A stretch of DNA of 42,275 nucleotides from a virus, in IMG/VR virus record IMGVR_UViG_3300021182_000043, positions 1-42,275 of that record; one strand, 5' to 3'. The notes below the pieces were generated by a model that saw only the letters and a list, made by a program, of their open reading frames with translations, was not told the DNA's origin and did no database searches. The translations under genes were made by a program, and so were the position numbers. Shown in pieces: positions 1 to 8,132 of this stretch. How positions within the stretch are numbered: the stretch's first letter is position 1; the number at the start of each line of letters is the position of its first letter.

Positions 1-55
1 GATGCCGCGCTGAAAAACCTTCTTGATGCCATTGACTCGGAGAAGCCATGAGCGA
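1..55. repeat. Terminal direct repeat, copy 1 (identical to 42221..42275); the contig closes into a circle
   Basis: Bases 1-55 (gatgccgcgctgaaaaacc...gccatgagcga) recur exactly at 42221-42275. The ORF starting at 42032 reads across the junction, and its stop corresponds to window positions 48-50. Confidence 0.95.
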
Positions 56-368
56 AACCCTGATTGACCGGCTAGTCCAGAAGTTCCTGACCTGCCCTCT
101 CCCGCAGAGTGTGAAGGCTGACCCTTGCGCCTGCAACCCTCACCACCCGCATCGCACCGGCACCAACCTCCTGACAGCCTCAGAGGCGAAGGAAGTGCTC
201 ACGCAAGTCCTGGGCTGCCTAACGGTCGAAGAAGACGACTCCACCCGCCATCTCGAAACGATTCTCGGGCTCCAGGGTGGGCTGCGCGAGGTCTATGCCC
301 TAGCTGGCGAAGACCCCCAACTTTCCAAAATCATCAACGACACGCTGGAACGATACCCGTTTCCGTGA
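48..368 (+). CDS. hypothetical protein (106 aa)
   Basis: ATG at 48 overlaps the stop of the upstream ORF (ATGA) and follows GGAGAAG. Third codon positions are GC-rich. No motif recognised. Confidence 0.6.
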   Translation: MSETLIDRLVQKFLTCPLPQSVKADPCACNPHHPHRTGTNLLTASEAKEVLTQVLGCLTVEEDDSTRHLETILGLQGGLREVYALAGEDPQLSKIINDTLERYPFP

Positions 369-394
369 ATGTCCAAGATCCTCCAGAGGTCCAC

Positions 395-820
395 ATGAGC
401 CCTGTTCAATGGCGATACTTCCCGAACCCCTACCGCGTGTTCTGTGGGCGCTGGTGGTGTCACTTCTTCGACCTCCAGGCCCTCTGGTATGACCTTCGGG
501 ATGCGGTCCAGAGGGCTAAGCGTGGCTGGGCGAACGGTGACATTTTCGACCTGATGAGCTACCACGCTGGCGTGACCCTGGGATTGCTCAAACATTTCAA
601 GGCTCACCATCACGGCTACATGGATGGGATGACCCCCGAGGAATATGAAGCCAAGCTGGACCTCGCCGTGGATGCCTGGGAAGCGAAGAACGCTCTGCTG
701 ACCGATGCGAATTGGGACGCGGAGAACCAGAGCTACGAAGAATGGTCCGCGCCCTTGATCGAGCGGTGGGAGAAGGGGCACCCCGCATTCCTCGAAGTCT
801 ACGATTCCCTTTGGAACTGA
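395..820 (+). CDS. hypothetical protein (141 aa; alternative GTG start at 365)
   Basis: Track ORF 125..820, trimmed to the first start after the upstream stop at 366-368. Trp/His-rich. No family recognised. Confidence 0.55.
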   Translation: MSPVQWRYFPNPYRVFCGRWWCHFFDLQALWYDLRDAVQRAKRGWANGDIFDLMSYHAGVTLGLLKHFKAHHHGYMDGMTPEEYEAKLDLAVDAWEAKNALLTDANWDAENQSYEEWSAPLIERWEKGHPAFLEVYDSLWN

Positions 821-845
821 ATGCTTTTGTCCATCTGGAGGCACC

Positions 846-1178
846 ATGAACCACTATGAATCTTGCGGCGTGTGCCACTCGCATCCCTGTGTCTGCGAGA
901 TTGGAAACCTTGGTGTTGCCCTCTGCTATGCGACCAGGGAGAAGCCCAGGCCCCGCATAGATGATCTGCACCATCGAAGCCCAGTCCAAGAGATCACGGT
1001 CGAACTGCCCTGCAAGGTGGAGCATCAAACCGAGGTCTACAAGAACGGCACCGTCCTCCACTGTCTCCGGTTGGCGACCACTGGAGGCACCTACTTCGGC
1101 GCGACCTTTGACGAAGCCCTCAGCAATTTGAGGAAGGCTTACGCGCCGGTCTACGACCTACTCACCAAGAAGCTGTAA
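846..1178 (+). CDS. hypothetical protein with a Cys/His-rich N terminus (110 aa)
   Basis: GGAGG lies 5 nt upstream of the ATG. N-terminal CGVCHSHPCVC motif. Confidence 0.6.
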   Translation: MNHYESCGVCHSHPCVCEIGNLGVALCYATREKPRPRIDDLHHRSPVQEITVELPCKVEHQTEVYKNGTVLHCLRLATTGGTYFGATFDEALSNLRKAYAPVYDLLTKKL

Positions 1179-1193
1179 CTGTCCAGGAGTCCT

Positions 1194-1322
1194 ATGCACA
1201 CCTTCACAACGATGGAAGTCCTGGCGGTTGTATCGCTCTCATTCTTCGGGGGCGTCCTGCTCACGGCGGGGTTCTGTGCCTTGATCTTGAAAGCAGCCAA
1301 CAACTTCAACCCGTTCCGCTAA
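1194..1322 (+). CDS. small single-pass membrane protein (42 aa, below the ORF-track cutoff)
   Basis: Hand translation gives MHTFTTMEVLAVVSLSFFGGVLLTAGFCALILKAANNFNPFR. AGGAG lies 7 nt upstream. It fills an otherwise empty gap. Confidence 0.45.
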   Translation: MHTFTTMEVLAVVSLSFFGGVLLTAGFCALILKAANNFNPFR

Positions 1323-1347
1323 CGAATGTCCAGATGCAGGAGGCATT

Positions 1348-1509
1348 GTGAGCCGAAAAACGCTGCCATATCGGGTCGATGACACTTGCCCGAAGTGCCA
1401 TCGCAAGCTCTACCAATGTTGGATTGTCGGCGGGAAGAAGCCACCACGCCTTGCGCCCGATCTCTGGTGTGCCTACTGCGAACTGAACATCCAGAAGGAA
1501 CCGCAATGA
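1348..1509 (+). CDS. small zinc-ribbon protein (53 aa, GTG start, below the ORF-track cutoff)
   Basis: AGGAGG lies 5 nt upstream of GTG 1348. Hand translation gives VSRKTLPYRVDDTCPKCHRKLYQCW...LWCAYCELNIQKEPQ, with CxxC...CxxC. Its stop overlaps the next start (ATGA at 1506). Confidence 0.5.
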   Translation: MSRKTLPYRVDDTCPKCHRKLYQCWIVGGKKPPRLAPDLWCAYCELNIQKEPQ

Positions 1510-1760
1510 GCGAACCCGAAAACAATCTCATCATCAAACTCCAATTCGCTGAGTCTGTGATCCGCGACCAGGACGCGATGCTAGCGAAGCAACGCGAAGC
1601 CATCGAGAAAACGATCCCCGTCCTGGACGAAGCGATGGACCTGCTTTCCTGGCTCAAGCATGACGCCTACCAAGTCATCAAGGGCGACTACAACGGGAAG
1701 ATCCCGTGTTGCCAGCATGACGGGGAAACCATCCTCGAATTACTCCGATCCTTCAACTGA
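1506..1760 (+). CDS. hypothetical protein (84 aa)
   Basis: Track ORF 1386..1760, trimmed to ATG 1506 (MSEPENN...), which is coupled to the upstream zinc-ribbon ORF. Confidence 0.6.
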   Translation: MSEPENNLIIKLQFAESVIRDQDAMLAKQREAIEKTIPVLDEAMDLLSWLKHDAYQVIKGDYNGKIPCCQHDGETILELLRSFN

Positions 1761-1794
1761 TCTTGACCAGGATTGCCTGGACTGAAAGGAGCCT

Positions 1795-2244
1795 ATGAAG
1801 TTAAGCGAAAAGCTACAGCGCGACCACGAATGCGGAGACTTCGGGAAAGCCCTCGCGGGCTATTCCGAGGAGGCGGCCGCACTTGAACGCAAGATTGAAG
1901 GCCTGGAGATTGGATCCAAGGCCATTCTCGATGCTCATTGGGGTTATGCCCACAATAAGCTCAGGGATGGCTCCGGAAAGTGCGATCCAACCTGCGTGCT
2001 TTGTGAGCGGGACCACCTCCGAAAGCTGCTAGAGGAGCAGAATCCCGCCACCGTTCTGATCTGCAAAATAGACCGCACCGAAATGAAGCCGGGCGAGGTT
2101 CTGCTGATCCAGGCCCCCGAGAGCTGGAGCCCAGATCAGGTCAGGAACGTGGTGGCCTACCTCCACCCGAGGCTCATAGAGCAGCGCGGGATCGACTTTG
2201 TGGTTCTGCCGGGGGTGGTTAAAGGGGTGATAGCAAAGCCGTAA
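1795..2244 (+). CDS. hypothetical protein (149 aa)
   Basis: AAGGAG Shine-Dalgarno upstream. Clean ORF. No family recognised. Confidence 0.65.
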   Translation: MKLSEKLQRDHECGDFGKALAGYSEEAAALERKIEGLEIGSKAILDAHWGYAHNKLRDGSGKCDPTCVLCERDHLRKLLEEQNPATVLICKIDRTEMKPGEVLLIQAPESWSPDQVRNVVAYLHPRLIEQRGIDFVVLPGVVKGVIAKP

Positions 2245-2302
2245 GGAAATACGCTATCAACTGTATAGGTCCATATTGTAAAATTAAGTCAGCACCGAGC
2301 CC
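2245..2302 (+). promoter_or_regulatory. AT-richer gap upstream of the lipoprotein gene; possible promoter (TAAAAT-like -10)
   Basis: ggaaatacgctatcaactgtataggtccatattgtaaaattaagtcag is visibly AT-rich compared with its flanks. No convincing -35 element. Confidence 0.25.
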
Positions 2303-2317
2303 ATGAAAGGAGCCGAC

Positions 2318-3157
2318 ATGCGAACCCTTCTCCTAACCCTCTTTGCAGGCCTCATCTTCGCCTGCAGTGGTGGTTCTCACCACACTACTCCGACGCCTCC
2401 GACGCCTCCGCCCGTCAAGACCGTGGCCCCGATCCCCGCTGGGATCTACACGGCCAAGCCGCGAACAACTGGAGCTGCCGAGGTCGCCTATGTGGCAACG
2501 CCCATCAGCGACGTCCCGCAGACTATGATCGTGGACCAGTTCGGCCAGAGCCTCCTGGCGCTGCCCGGCTGGAATCTAGTCAGGGCGAATATCAATGCCG
2601 ACAACACGGGCACCCTGCAGCTCGGGCTCACTCCCATTCTGACGGATGTGAACGGGACCATCAGCCCTGTGACCTCCCTTGTGGGCACCCTGGTAGGCTC
2701 CGAAATGTCCGGCACCATCAACGGGACTCTCACCTTCGACTTGACCCTCACCTCTATCGAATCTACTCCAATCGACTGGCCGGCCAAGGCCGGGAAATGG
2801 ACCAGCACGGCCTGCAATATCAATCAGGTCTTGGTAGTTACCCTTCCGTCATCCCTCTCCATTCAGGGCACTATGCTGACCATCCAGGCCTATTCGAACG
2901 CCACCGATGCAGCTGCCGGAACCAACACGCTGGGATATTACCAGGGCACCCTTGGGTGGAATAGCTCCGGGAATGAATCCCTGAACTGCCTGAGCATCGG
3001 ATTCGACTGGTATCCTGCCGGAGTCCAGCAGGGGACCGTCACCTATGGCCTCGCCTACTTCGACGCCAGCGGGCGCTTCGTCATGCTCACCAGCAACCCC
3101 ACCGGCAACGTGACCGCCCGAGACAGCCAGCTCAGCGCCATCTTCACCAAGCAGTAG
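2318..3157 (+). CDS. secreted lipoprotein (279 aa) with a Pro/Thr linker and a Thr/Gly/Ser/Asn-rich beta-type body
   Basis: AAGGAG lies 6 nt upstream of ATG 2318. The N terminus MRTLLLTLFAGLIFAC-SGG is a signal peptide plus lipobox-like LIFAC, followed by TTPTPPTPPP. Confidence 0.7.
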   Translation: MRTLLLTLFAGLIFACSGGSHHTTPTPPTPPPVKTVAPIPAGIYTAKPRTTGAAEVAYVATPISDVPQTMIVDQFGQSLLALPGWNLVRANINADNTGTLQLGLTPILTDVNGTISPVTSLVGTLVGSEMSGTINGTLTFDLTLTSIESTPIDWPAKAGKWTSTACNINQVLVVTLPSSLSIQGTMLTIQAYSNATDAAAGTNTLGYYQGTLGWNSSGNESLNCLSIGFDWYPAGVQQGTVTYGLAYFDASGRFVMLTSNPTGNVTARDSQLSAIFTKQ

Positions 3158-3190
3158 CCACCCACCATCCCCCACGAAAAGGAGCCACCC

Positions 3191-3628
3191 ATGGCATATG
3201 TAACTGTGCCCGTCCTCAATGCTTACGAGCGCGACCAAGTTCTAGGCAGCATCACCATCGAGGATTCTGCCCTCACCGATCCAGACCTGATCCTGTGCGT
3301 GGCCGGGAGGGTTCTGGAACACACTCCACACGGGCCTTCGAGAATCCAGGTCTGTGAGTTCGGGCTGATCCCCGTCCAGCAGCACAACACCTTCCGGCAG
3401 ATGGAGGAGATTGGCCGCGACACCGCCGAGAATCTGACCGCCATGACCCTGGAGCGCGATTCACTGAAGCAGGATGTGGCCGTGCTGCGTTATGCCCAAA
3501 GGCGGGCATACCGCTCCGAGAAGCGGCTGGCAGATATCAGGTCCATCCACAGGGTCATGGAGCTCGCCAAGGAGCTTGGGGACGAGTGGGACTTCCGCGA
3601 CCTCTTGGCCTCCGCCCTCACGGAATAG
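3191..3628 (+). CDS. hypothetical protein (145 aa)
   Basis: AAGGAG Shine-Dalgarno upstream. The C-terminal half looks helical. No family recognised. Confidence 0.65.
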   Translation: MAYVTVPVLNAYERDQVLGSITIEDSALTDPDLILCVAGRVLEHTPHGPSRIQVCEFGLIPVQQHNTFRQMEEIGRDTAENLTAMTLERDSLKQDVAVLRYAQRRAYRSEKRLADIRSIHRVMELAKELGDEWDFRDLLASALTE

Positions 3629-3664
3629 TCCGGAGCCGAGTTCTGGCCAAAAAGTGAACTGCTC

Positions 3665-3685
3665 GGCCCCTTCGGGGGCCGTTTT
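3665..3685 (+). terminator. Rho-independent terminator candidate at the end of the accessory early block
   Basis: GGCCCC-ttcg-GGGGCC followed by GTTTTGATG, in the 87-nt gap after 3628. A second small hairpin, GCCCC-gaaa-GGGGC, lies at 3697-3710. Confidence 0.6.
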
Positions 3686-3715
3686 GATGTATTCTGGCCC
3701 CGAAAGGGGCACCAA

Positions 3716-4378
3716 ATGGCCAAAAGAGAGCAGGCAGCGGGACTCATCAAAAGCAGGATCACCGGCCACGGGGATGTGGAGGTCAAGGATCTGCTGGCGA
3801 ACCCCCTCAACTTCCGCAGGCACCCAGGCAAGCAGATGGATGCCCTGCGCGGGAGCATGAAGGAGCTGGGCTGGTTGAAAACCATCCTGATTAACAAGAC
3901 CACCGGCCACATCCTGGACGGGCACGCCCGGGTGGAAGAGGCGATGCGGCAGGGCCTGAAGACCATCCCGGCCACCATCGTGGAGCTGACGGAAGCCGAG
4001 GAGCGGCTGGCCCTGGCGGTCCTGGACCCGATCACCGAAATGGCGAACCACGATGACACCATCCTGAAAGACCTGCTCTCCCAGGTGGAGACCGAGGACG
4101 CGGGGCTCCTGGCCCTACTGGATTCCCTGGACCCGACCGAGACCGACCCTGCCGAGCACTGGCAGGACATGCCTGAGTTCAACCAGGAGGATGAGCGATC
4201 ATTCCGGAAGCTGATTGTCCACTTCGAGAACGCCGAGGACGCAGCTGCTTTCTTCCGGCTGGTGGGCCAGGAGGTCACGGACGCCACGAAAACCATCTGG
4301 TTCCCTGCCCACGAGCGGAACAAGCTGAAGGATCTGGAATATGCGCGGGAGGGAGCGGAAGGCGGCCCGCATGAATAA
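3716..4378 (+). CDS. ParB-like nuclease domain protein (220 aa)
   Basis: N-terminal ParB/Srx-type motifs: LLANPLNFRRHP...ILINKTTGHILDGHARVEEA...IPATIVELTEAE. The C-terminal half resembles the linker seen ahead of methylase domains in phage ParB-methylase fusions. Confidence 0.8.
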   Translation: MAKREQAAGLIKSRITGHGDVEVKDLLANPLNFRRHPGKQMDALRGSMKELGWLKTILINKTTGHILDGHARVEEAMRQGLKTIPATIVELTEAEERLALAVLDPITEMANHDDTILKDLLSQVETEDAGLLALLDSLDPTETDPAEHWQDMPEFNQEDERSFRKLIVHFENAEDAAAFFRLVGQEVTDATKTIWFPAHERNKLKDLEYAREGAEGGPHE

Positions 4379-5189
4379 GCCCGACAGCTTTCTGAAGGCC
4401 ACTAAGCTCGATCATTTTGAATGGCTGCTTAAGGAGGTCTCTGGCTACCTGAGCATCGATCCAGAGCTGGCCGTGAGGACGGTCAAGGATCAGATCCAGG
4501 CCGTGGCCAAGGGGGAAGACCCCCAGCCGTGGAACAAGGTGGCCGAGCTTGAGCGGCGCTGGTATGCCTCGGTCCTGGCCGGCCAGCCCGATTATTCGGT
4601 CTATTCCGATTCCTATTACATTTGCGACATCTGGGCCTGCTGGTCGCTCTATTCCTGCTCCAGCGTGAAAGCAATAGCGAAGGCCTCCACCATGGGCTCG
4701 AAGTCCGTAATGGACCGGTTAGGCCCTGCCACGACCATCCTGGACCTGGGCTGCGGATTAGGGTTCACCACGGCCGCACTTCTGGAACTTTTCCCTGAGG
4801 CCCGGGTGATTGGAACCAACCTCAAGGAGTCATTCCAATATGACTTCTGCTCCGATCTGGCCGAGGATAGGGGCTTCGAGGTGCGGGAGCAGGTGCTAGA
4901 CGTCAAGAGGGTGGATCTGGTCTTCGCCTCTGAGTATTTTGAGCACTTCCAGAACAGCCTGGAGCATGTCTGGGAGGTCATGACGAGCTGCCGCCCACGG
5001 ATGCTGGTGGTGGCAAACGGCTACAACGGGCATGCCATCGGACACTTTCACCGCTACAGCTACCACGGGAGGGACTTCACCGCCAAAGACACCAGCCTGA
5101 ACTTCGGAAAGATGCTGAGACACCTGGGCTATCAGAAGCAGAAAACCACCATTTGGAACAATAGGCCTGCGATATGGATACGAGAGTAG
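4371..5189 (+). CDS. class I SAM-dependent methyltransferase (272 aa) with an N-terminal domain of about 130 aa of unknown function
   Basis: Motif I is ILDLGCGLGFTTAALL, followed by VIGTNL and DLVFASEYFEHF. No DPPY/NPPY or C5-type PCQ/ENV DNA-methylase motifs were seen. Start ATG 4371 overlaps the ParB gene end. Confidence 0.8.
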   Translation: MNKPDSFLKATKLDHFEWLLKEVSGYLSIDPELAVRTVKDQIQAVAKGEDPQPWNKVAELERRWYASVLAGQPDYSVYSDSYYICDIWACWSLYSCSSVKAIAKASTMGSKSVMDRLGPATTILDLGCGLGFTTAALLELFPEARVIGTNLKESFQYDFCSDLAEDRGFEVREQVLDVKRVDLVFASEYFEHFQNSLEHVWEVMTSCRPRMLVVANGYNGHAIGHFHRYSYHGRDFTAKDTSLNFGKMLRHLGYQKQKTTIWNNRPAIWIRE

Positions 5190-6109
5190 ATTCCGGTTAT
5201 CCCCAATTCCCCTTGTATATTCCCAGCAAGGGAAGGCATAAGGTCATGATGACCAGCAAGGCGCTCACCCGTATGGGTGTCCACCACTACGTCATCGTGG
5301 AGCCCCAGCAGGTAGAGGACTACGAGGAGGCGGTCCGCGTCATGGGCCTGAAGGCCACCATCCTCCCCCTACCCATGAGCTACAAGGAGAGCTACGAGCT
5401 GTGCGATGACCTCGGGCTCTTGAAGTCCACCGGCCCCGGCCCAGCCCGAAACTTCGCATGGGATCACGCCTTGGGCAACGGCTTCGCATGGCATTGGGTC
5501 ATGGACGACAACATCCGGGAGTTTAACCGCCTGAACAACAACATCCGGATCCGCGTGACCGCCCCGGCCTTCTGGAAGGTGATGGAGGACTTCTGCCTTC
5601 GCTATGAAAACATCGCCATGGCAGGGCCGAACTACACGATGTTCGCCCCGAACCGCCTCAAAGTCCCCCCATTCGTGTGCAACACCCGCATCTATTCATG
5701 CAACCTGATCCGGAATGATGTCCCCTTCCGCTGGCGGGGCCGCTACAACGAGGACACGATCCTTAGCCTGGACATGCTCAAGGCCGGATGGTGCACCGTC
5801 CAGTTCAATGTCTTTCTCCAGCTCAAGCTGCCCACCCAGACCCTCAAGGGGGGGAACACCGCCGAGTTCTACCACGCCGAGGGGACCGTCCAGCCCGGTC
5901 AGAAGTATGCAGACACGGGGACGGTAGCCAAATCCCAGATGCTCGTGAACGTCCACCCCGATGTGGCCCGCATCCTATGGAGATTCCACCGCTACCACCA
6001 CTATGTCAATTACCACCCCTTCAAGCGGAACCGGCTGAAGCTGAAGCCCGAGGTGGTGCTGGAAGGCAAGACCAACAACTTCGGCATGACCTTGGTGAAG
6101 AAGGGGTGA
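5174..6109 (+). CDS. GT-A-fold glycosyltransferase-like protein (311 aa)
   Basis: LYIPSKGR matches the first beta-strand/nucleotide-binding motif of GT-A enzymes. WHWVMDDN is a DxD-type motif. No transmembrane segment. Assigned from motifs only. Confidence 0.5.
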   Translation: MDTRVDSGYPQFPLYIPSKGRHKVMMTSKALTRMGVHHYVIVEPQQVEDYEEAVRVMGLKATILPLPMSYKESYELCDDLGLLKSTGPGPARNFAWDHALGNGFAWHWVMDDNIREFNRLNNNIRIRVTAPAFWKVMEDFCLRYENIAMAGPNYTMFAPNRLKVPPFVCNTRIYSCNLIRNDVPFRWRGRYNEDTILSLDMLKAGWCTVQFNVFLQLKLPTQTLKGGNTAEFYHAEGTVQPGQKYADTGTVAKSQMLVNVHPDVARILWRFHRYHHYVNYHPFKRNRLKLKPEVVLEGKTNNFGMTLVKKG

Positions 6110-6111
6110 GC

Positions 6112-6291
6112 ATGAAGAACCACCGCGACAGGGCGACCAGTGAGGCCAGAGCCATGAGAGCGAAAGGGGCAAGCCTCCAGGCAATTATCGCCGTGTGCCC
6201 GGTCAGGCTCGGGGACCTCATAGTAATTTGCAAGGCTGAGGGGGAGAGAGCCATCCAGCGCACCCTCAGATTGACCGCAAGGGGGATTTGA
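6112..6291 (+). CDS. small HTH-like protein (59 aa)
   Basis: ATG 6112 lies just after the upstream stop. RAKGASLQAIIAV resembles the HTH segment of the next gene (RKTGASLQQVADT). Confidence 0.45.
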   Translation: MKNHRDRATSEARAMRAKGASLQAIIAVCPVRLGDLIVICKAEGERAIQRTLRLTARGI

Positions 6292-6292
6292 C

Positions 6293-6706
6293 ATGGGAAC
6301 CACGAAAAAGGGACGGATCAAGAACCTGGAGCAGATGAACAAGGCCCTGGACCTCCGCAAGACAGGGGCATCGCTCCAGCAGGTCGCGGACACCATGGGC
6401 CTCAAGAGCCGCCAGCGGGCGCACCAGTTCATCAGTATGGCTCTCAAGGAGTTACAGGAAACCTGCATGGTCAGCGCCGAGGAAATGCGGACCATGCAGG
6501 CCGAGAGGCTGGACGCCCTGCAGCTCAAACTCTGGGGTCAGCGGGCCAGCCCGCGAGTGGCTGACACCCTCTTGCGGATCGAGCAGCGCCGGGCCGCCCT
6601 CTTTGGCCTCGATGCACCCACCAAGATCGCGGAGACCGACAGCCTAGGGAATGACCTGCCCGCGGAGGCACGGCACGCGCTTCACCAGAAGCTCCTCGGT
6701 GGCTGA
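6293..6706 (+). CDS. terS: terminase small subunit (137 aa)
   Basis: N-terminal HTH (LRKTGASLQQVADTMGL) and a helical oligomerisation-like middle region. It sits immediately upstream of, and overlaps, the large terminase gene. Confidence 0.7.
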   Translation: MGTTKKGRIKNLEQMNKALDLRKTGASLQQVADTMGLKSRQRAHQFISMALKELQETCMVSAEEMRTMQAERLDALQLKLWGQRASPRVADTLLRIEQRRAALFGLDAPTKIAETDSLGNDLPAEARHALHQKLLGG

Positions 6707-8132
6707 ATCATCCCTTGCGGACGAGTTCCGCCTGCTGCCGGTAGAGGTCAGACAAGCAAGGCTGGCAGACCTCACAGATGAGGAATCTTCCAGCCTGCTT
6801 TTCGATTGGGATTGGTGGGCCCGCCCCAGCCAGAAGCTCCCAGGGCTCATCAACCCACGGACCGCAGACGGGGATTGGATCATCTGGATGCCGCTGGCAG
6901 GCCGGGGCTGGGGGAAAACCAGGGTCGGGGCCGAGACCGTCAGATTCTGGGTCCGGCAGGGGTTCAACCGGGTCAACCTGATAGGGGCCACCGCTGACGA
7001 TGCCCGCGACATCATGATTGAGGGGGAGTCCGGCATCCTGGCCTGCTGTCCGAAGGCCGAGCGCCCAATCTATGTCCCCTCGAAGCGGCGCCTGGAGTGG
7101 CCCAACGGTTCTAAGTCCTTGATTTTCACGGCAGATGAGCCAGAGCGCCTGCGAGGCAAGCAGCACGCAAAGCTCTGGGGTGATGAGCTGGCGGCGTGGC
7201 GGTATCCAGAAGCCTGGGATCAGGCCAGCCTAGGCCTACGCCTCGGGAAGCGCCCGCAGGCCGTAATCACGACGACACCGCGCCCTACGAAGCTGGTCAA
7301 GGAGATTGTCGCCGACCCCAACACCATCCTTACCAAGGGGAGCACCTACGACAACCGCGCCAACCTCGCCCCCACCTTCATCGGGAAGATCATCACCAAA
7401 TACGAGGGCACGCGCCTGGGCCGCCAGGAGCTGAATGCCGAAATCCTGGAAGACAACCCAGGAGCCCTCTGGAACCATGCCGAGATAGATTCCACCAGGA
7501 TCAAGCTGGAAGATTGCCCCACAGACCTGCTCCGCATCGTGGTGGGCGTGGATCCCGCCGTGACCAGCAACGAGGATTCTGACCTCACCGGCATCGTGGT
7601 GGCCGGCCGAGACCACCAGAGCCCGCCCCACTTCTATGTCATGGACGATCTAAGCCTAATCGCCAAGCCTATGGGCTGGGCCACCGCCTCTGTGCATGCC
7701 TACCTGAAGCACAAGGCAGACCGAATTGTGGCGGAGACCAACAACGGCGGGGATCTAGTTGAGGCCATGGTTCGGGGCGTGACCATCGAGGGGAAGCCGG
7801 AAGGCCTGAACGTCAGCTACTCCAAGGTGACCGCCACCAGGGGGAAGCAGGTCCGCGCCGAGCCCATCAGCGCCCTCTATGAGCAGGGCCGGGTCCACCA
7901 TGTCGGCACCTTCGTGAAGCTGGAAGACGAAATGTGCGATTGGGACCCCGTGACCGCCTCAAAGTCCCCGGACCGGATGGATGCCCTGGTATGGGCCCTG
8001 ACCGAGCTGAGCTCTGACGGTGACGGGATGGGCCTGTTCCTCTGGATGCAGCAGGAGGCGGAAGCACAAAAGGCCCTGGAAGAAAAGGCGAAACGGGGTG
8101 GTAGTATGTTGCCCGGAAGGGAGCACCGATGA
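6651..8132 (+). CDS. terL: terminase large subunit (493 aa from ATG 6651; alternative GTG 6699 overlaps the terS stop)
   Basis: DWDWWARPSQKLP...WMPLAGRGWGKTRVGAE (Walker A), plus a C-terminal nuclease-like half (VGVDPA...DLTGIVVAG...DRMDALVWAL). It resembles the Terminase_6 / GTA-type family. Confidence 0.9.
   Translation: MTCPRRHGTRFTRSSSVAESSLADEFRLLPVEVRQARLADLTDEESSSLLFDWDWWARPSQKLPGLINPRTADGDWIIWMPLAGRGWGKTRVGAETVRFWVRQGFNRVNLIGATADDARDIMIEGESGILACCPKAERPIYVPSKRRLEWPNGSKSLIFTADEPERLRGKQHAKLWGDELAAWRYPEAWDQASLGLRLGKRPQAVITTTPRPTKLVKEIVADPNTILTKGSTYDNRANLAPTFIGKIITKYEGTRLGRQELNAEILEDNPGALWNHAEIDSTRIKLEDCPTDLLRIVVGVDPAVTSNEDSDLTGIVVAGRDHQSPPHFYVMDDLSLIAKPMGWATASVHAYLKHKADRIVAETNNGGDLVEAMVRGVTIEGKPEGLNVSYSKVTATRGKQVRAEPISALYEQGRVHHVGTFVKLEDEMCDWDPVTASKSPDRMDALVWALTELSSDGDGMGLFLWMQQEAEAQKALEEKAKRGGSMLPGREHR

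Noticed and set aside
1-55. The 55-bp terminal repeat, considered as a biological direct terminal repeat, cos site or att site.
   Set aside because: It lies inside a coding sequence that reads across the junction, has no flanking integrase, and has a length typical of assembler k-mer overlap. It most likely reflects circular closure of the assembly.
125-394. 5' extension of track ORF 125..820, overlapping gene 48..368 in another frame.
   Set aside because: The extension translates to Arg/Pro-rich sequence, typical of an off-frame read of a GC-rich gene. A start at 395 (or GTG 365) directly follows the upstream stop. The same logic was used to trim the ORFs at 1386, 4341, 8331, 11043, 13894, 20503, 21366, 21890, 31604, 34103, 38126, 38136, 39083, 39301 and 39701.
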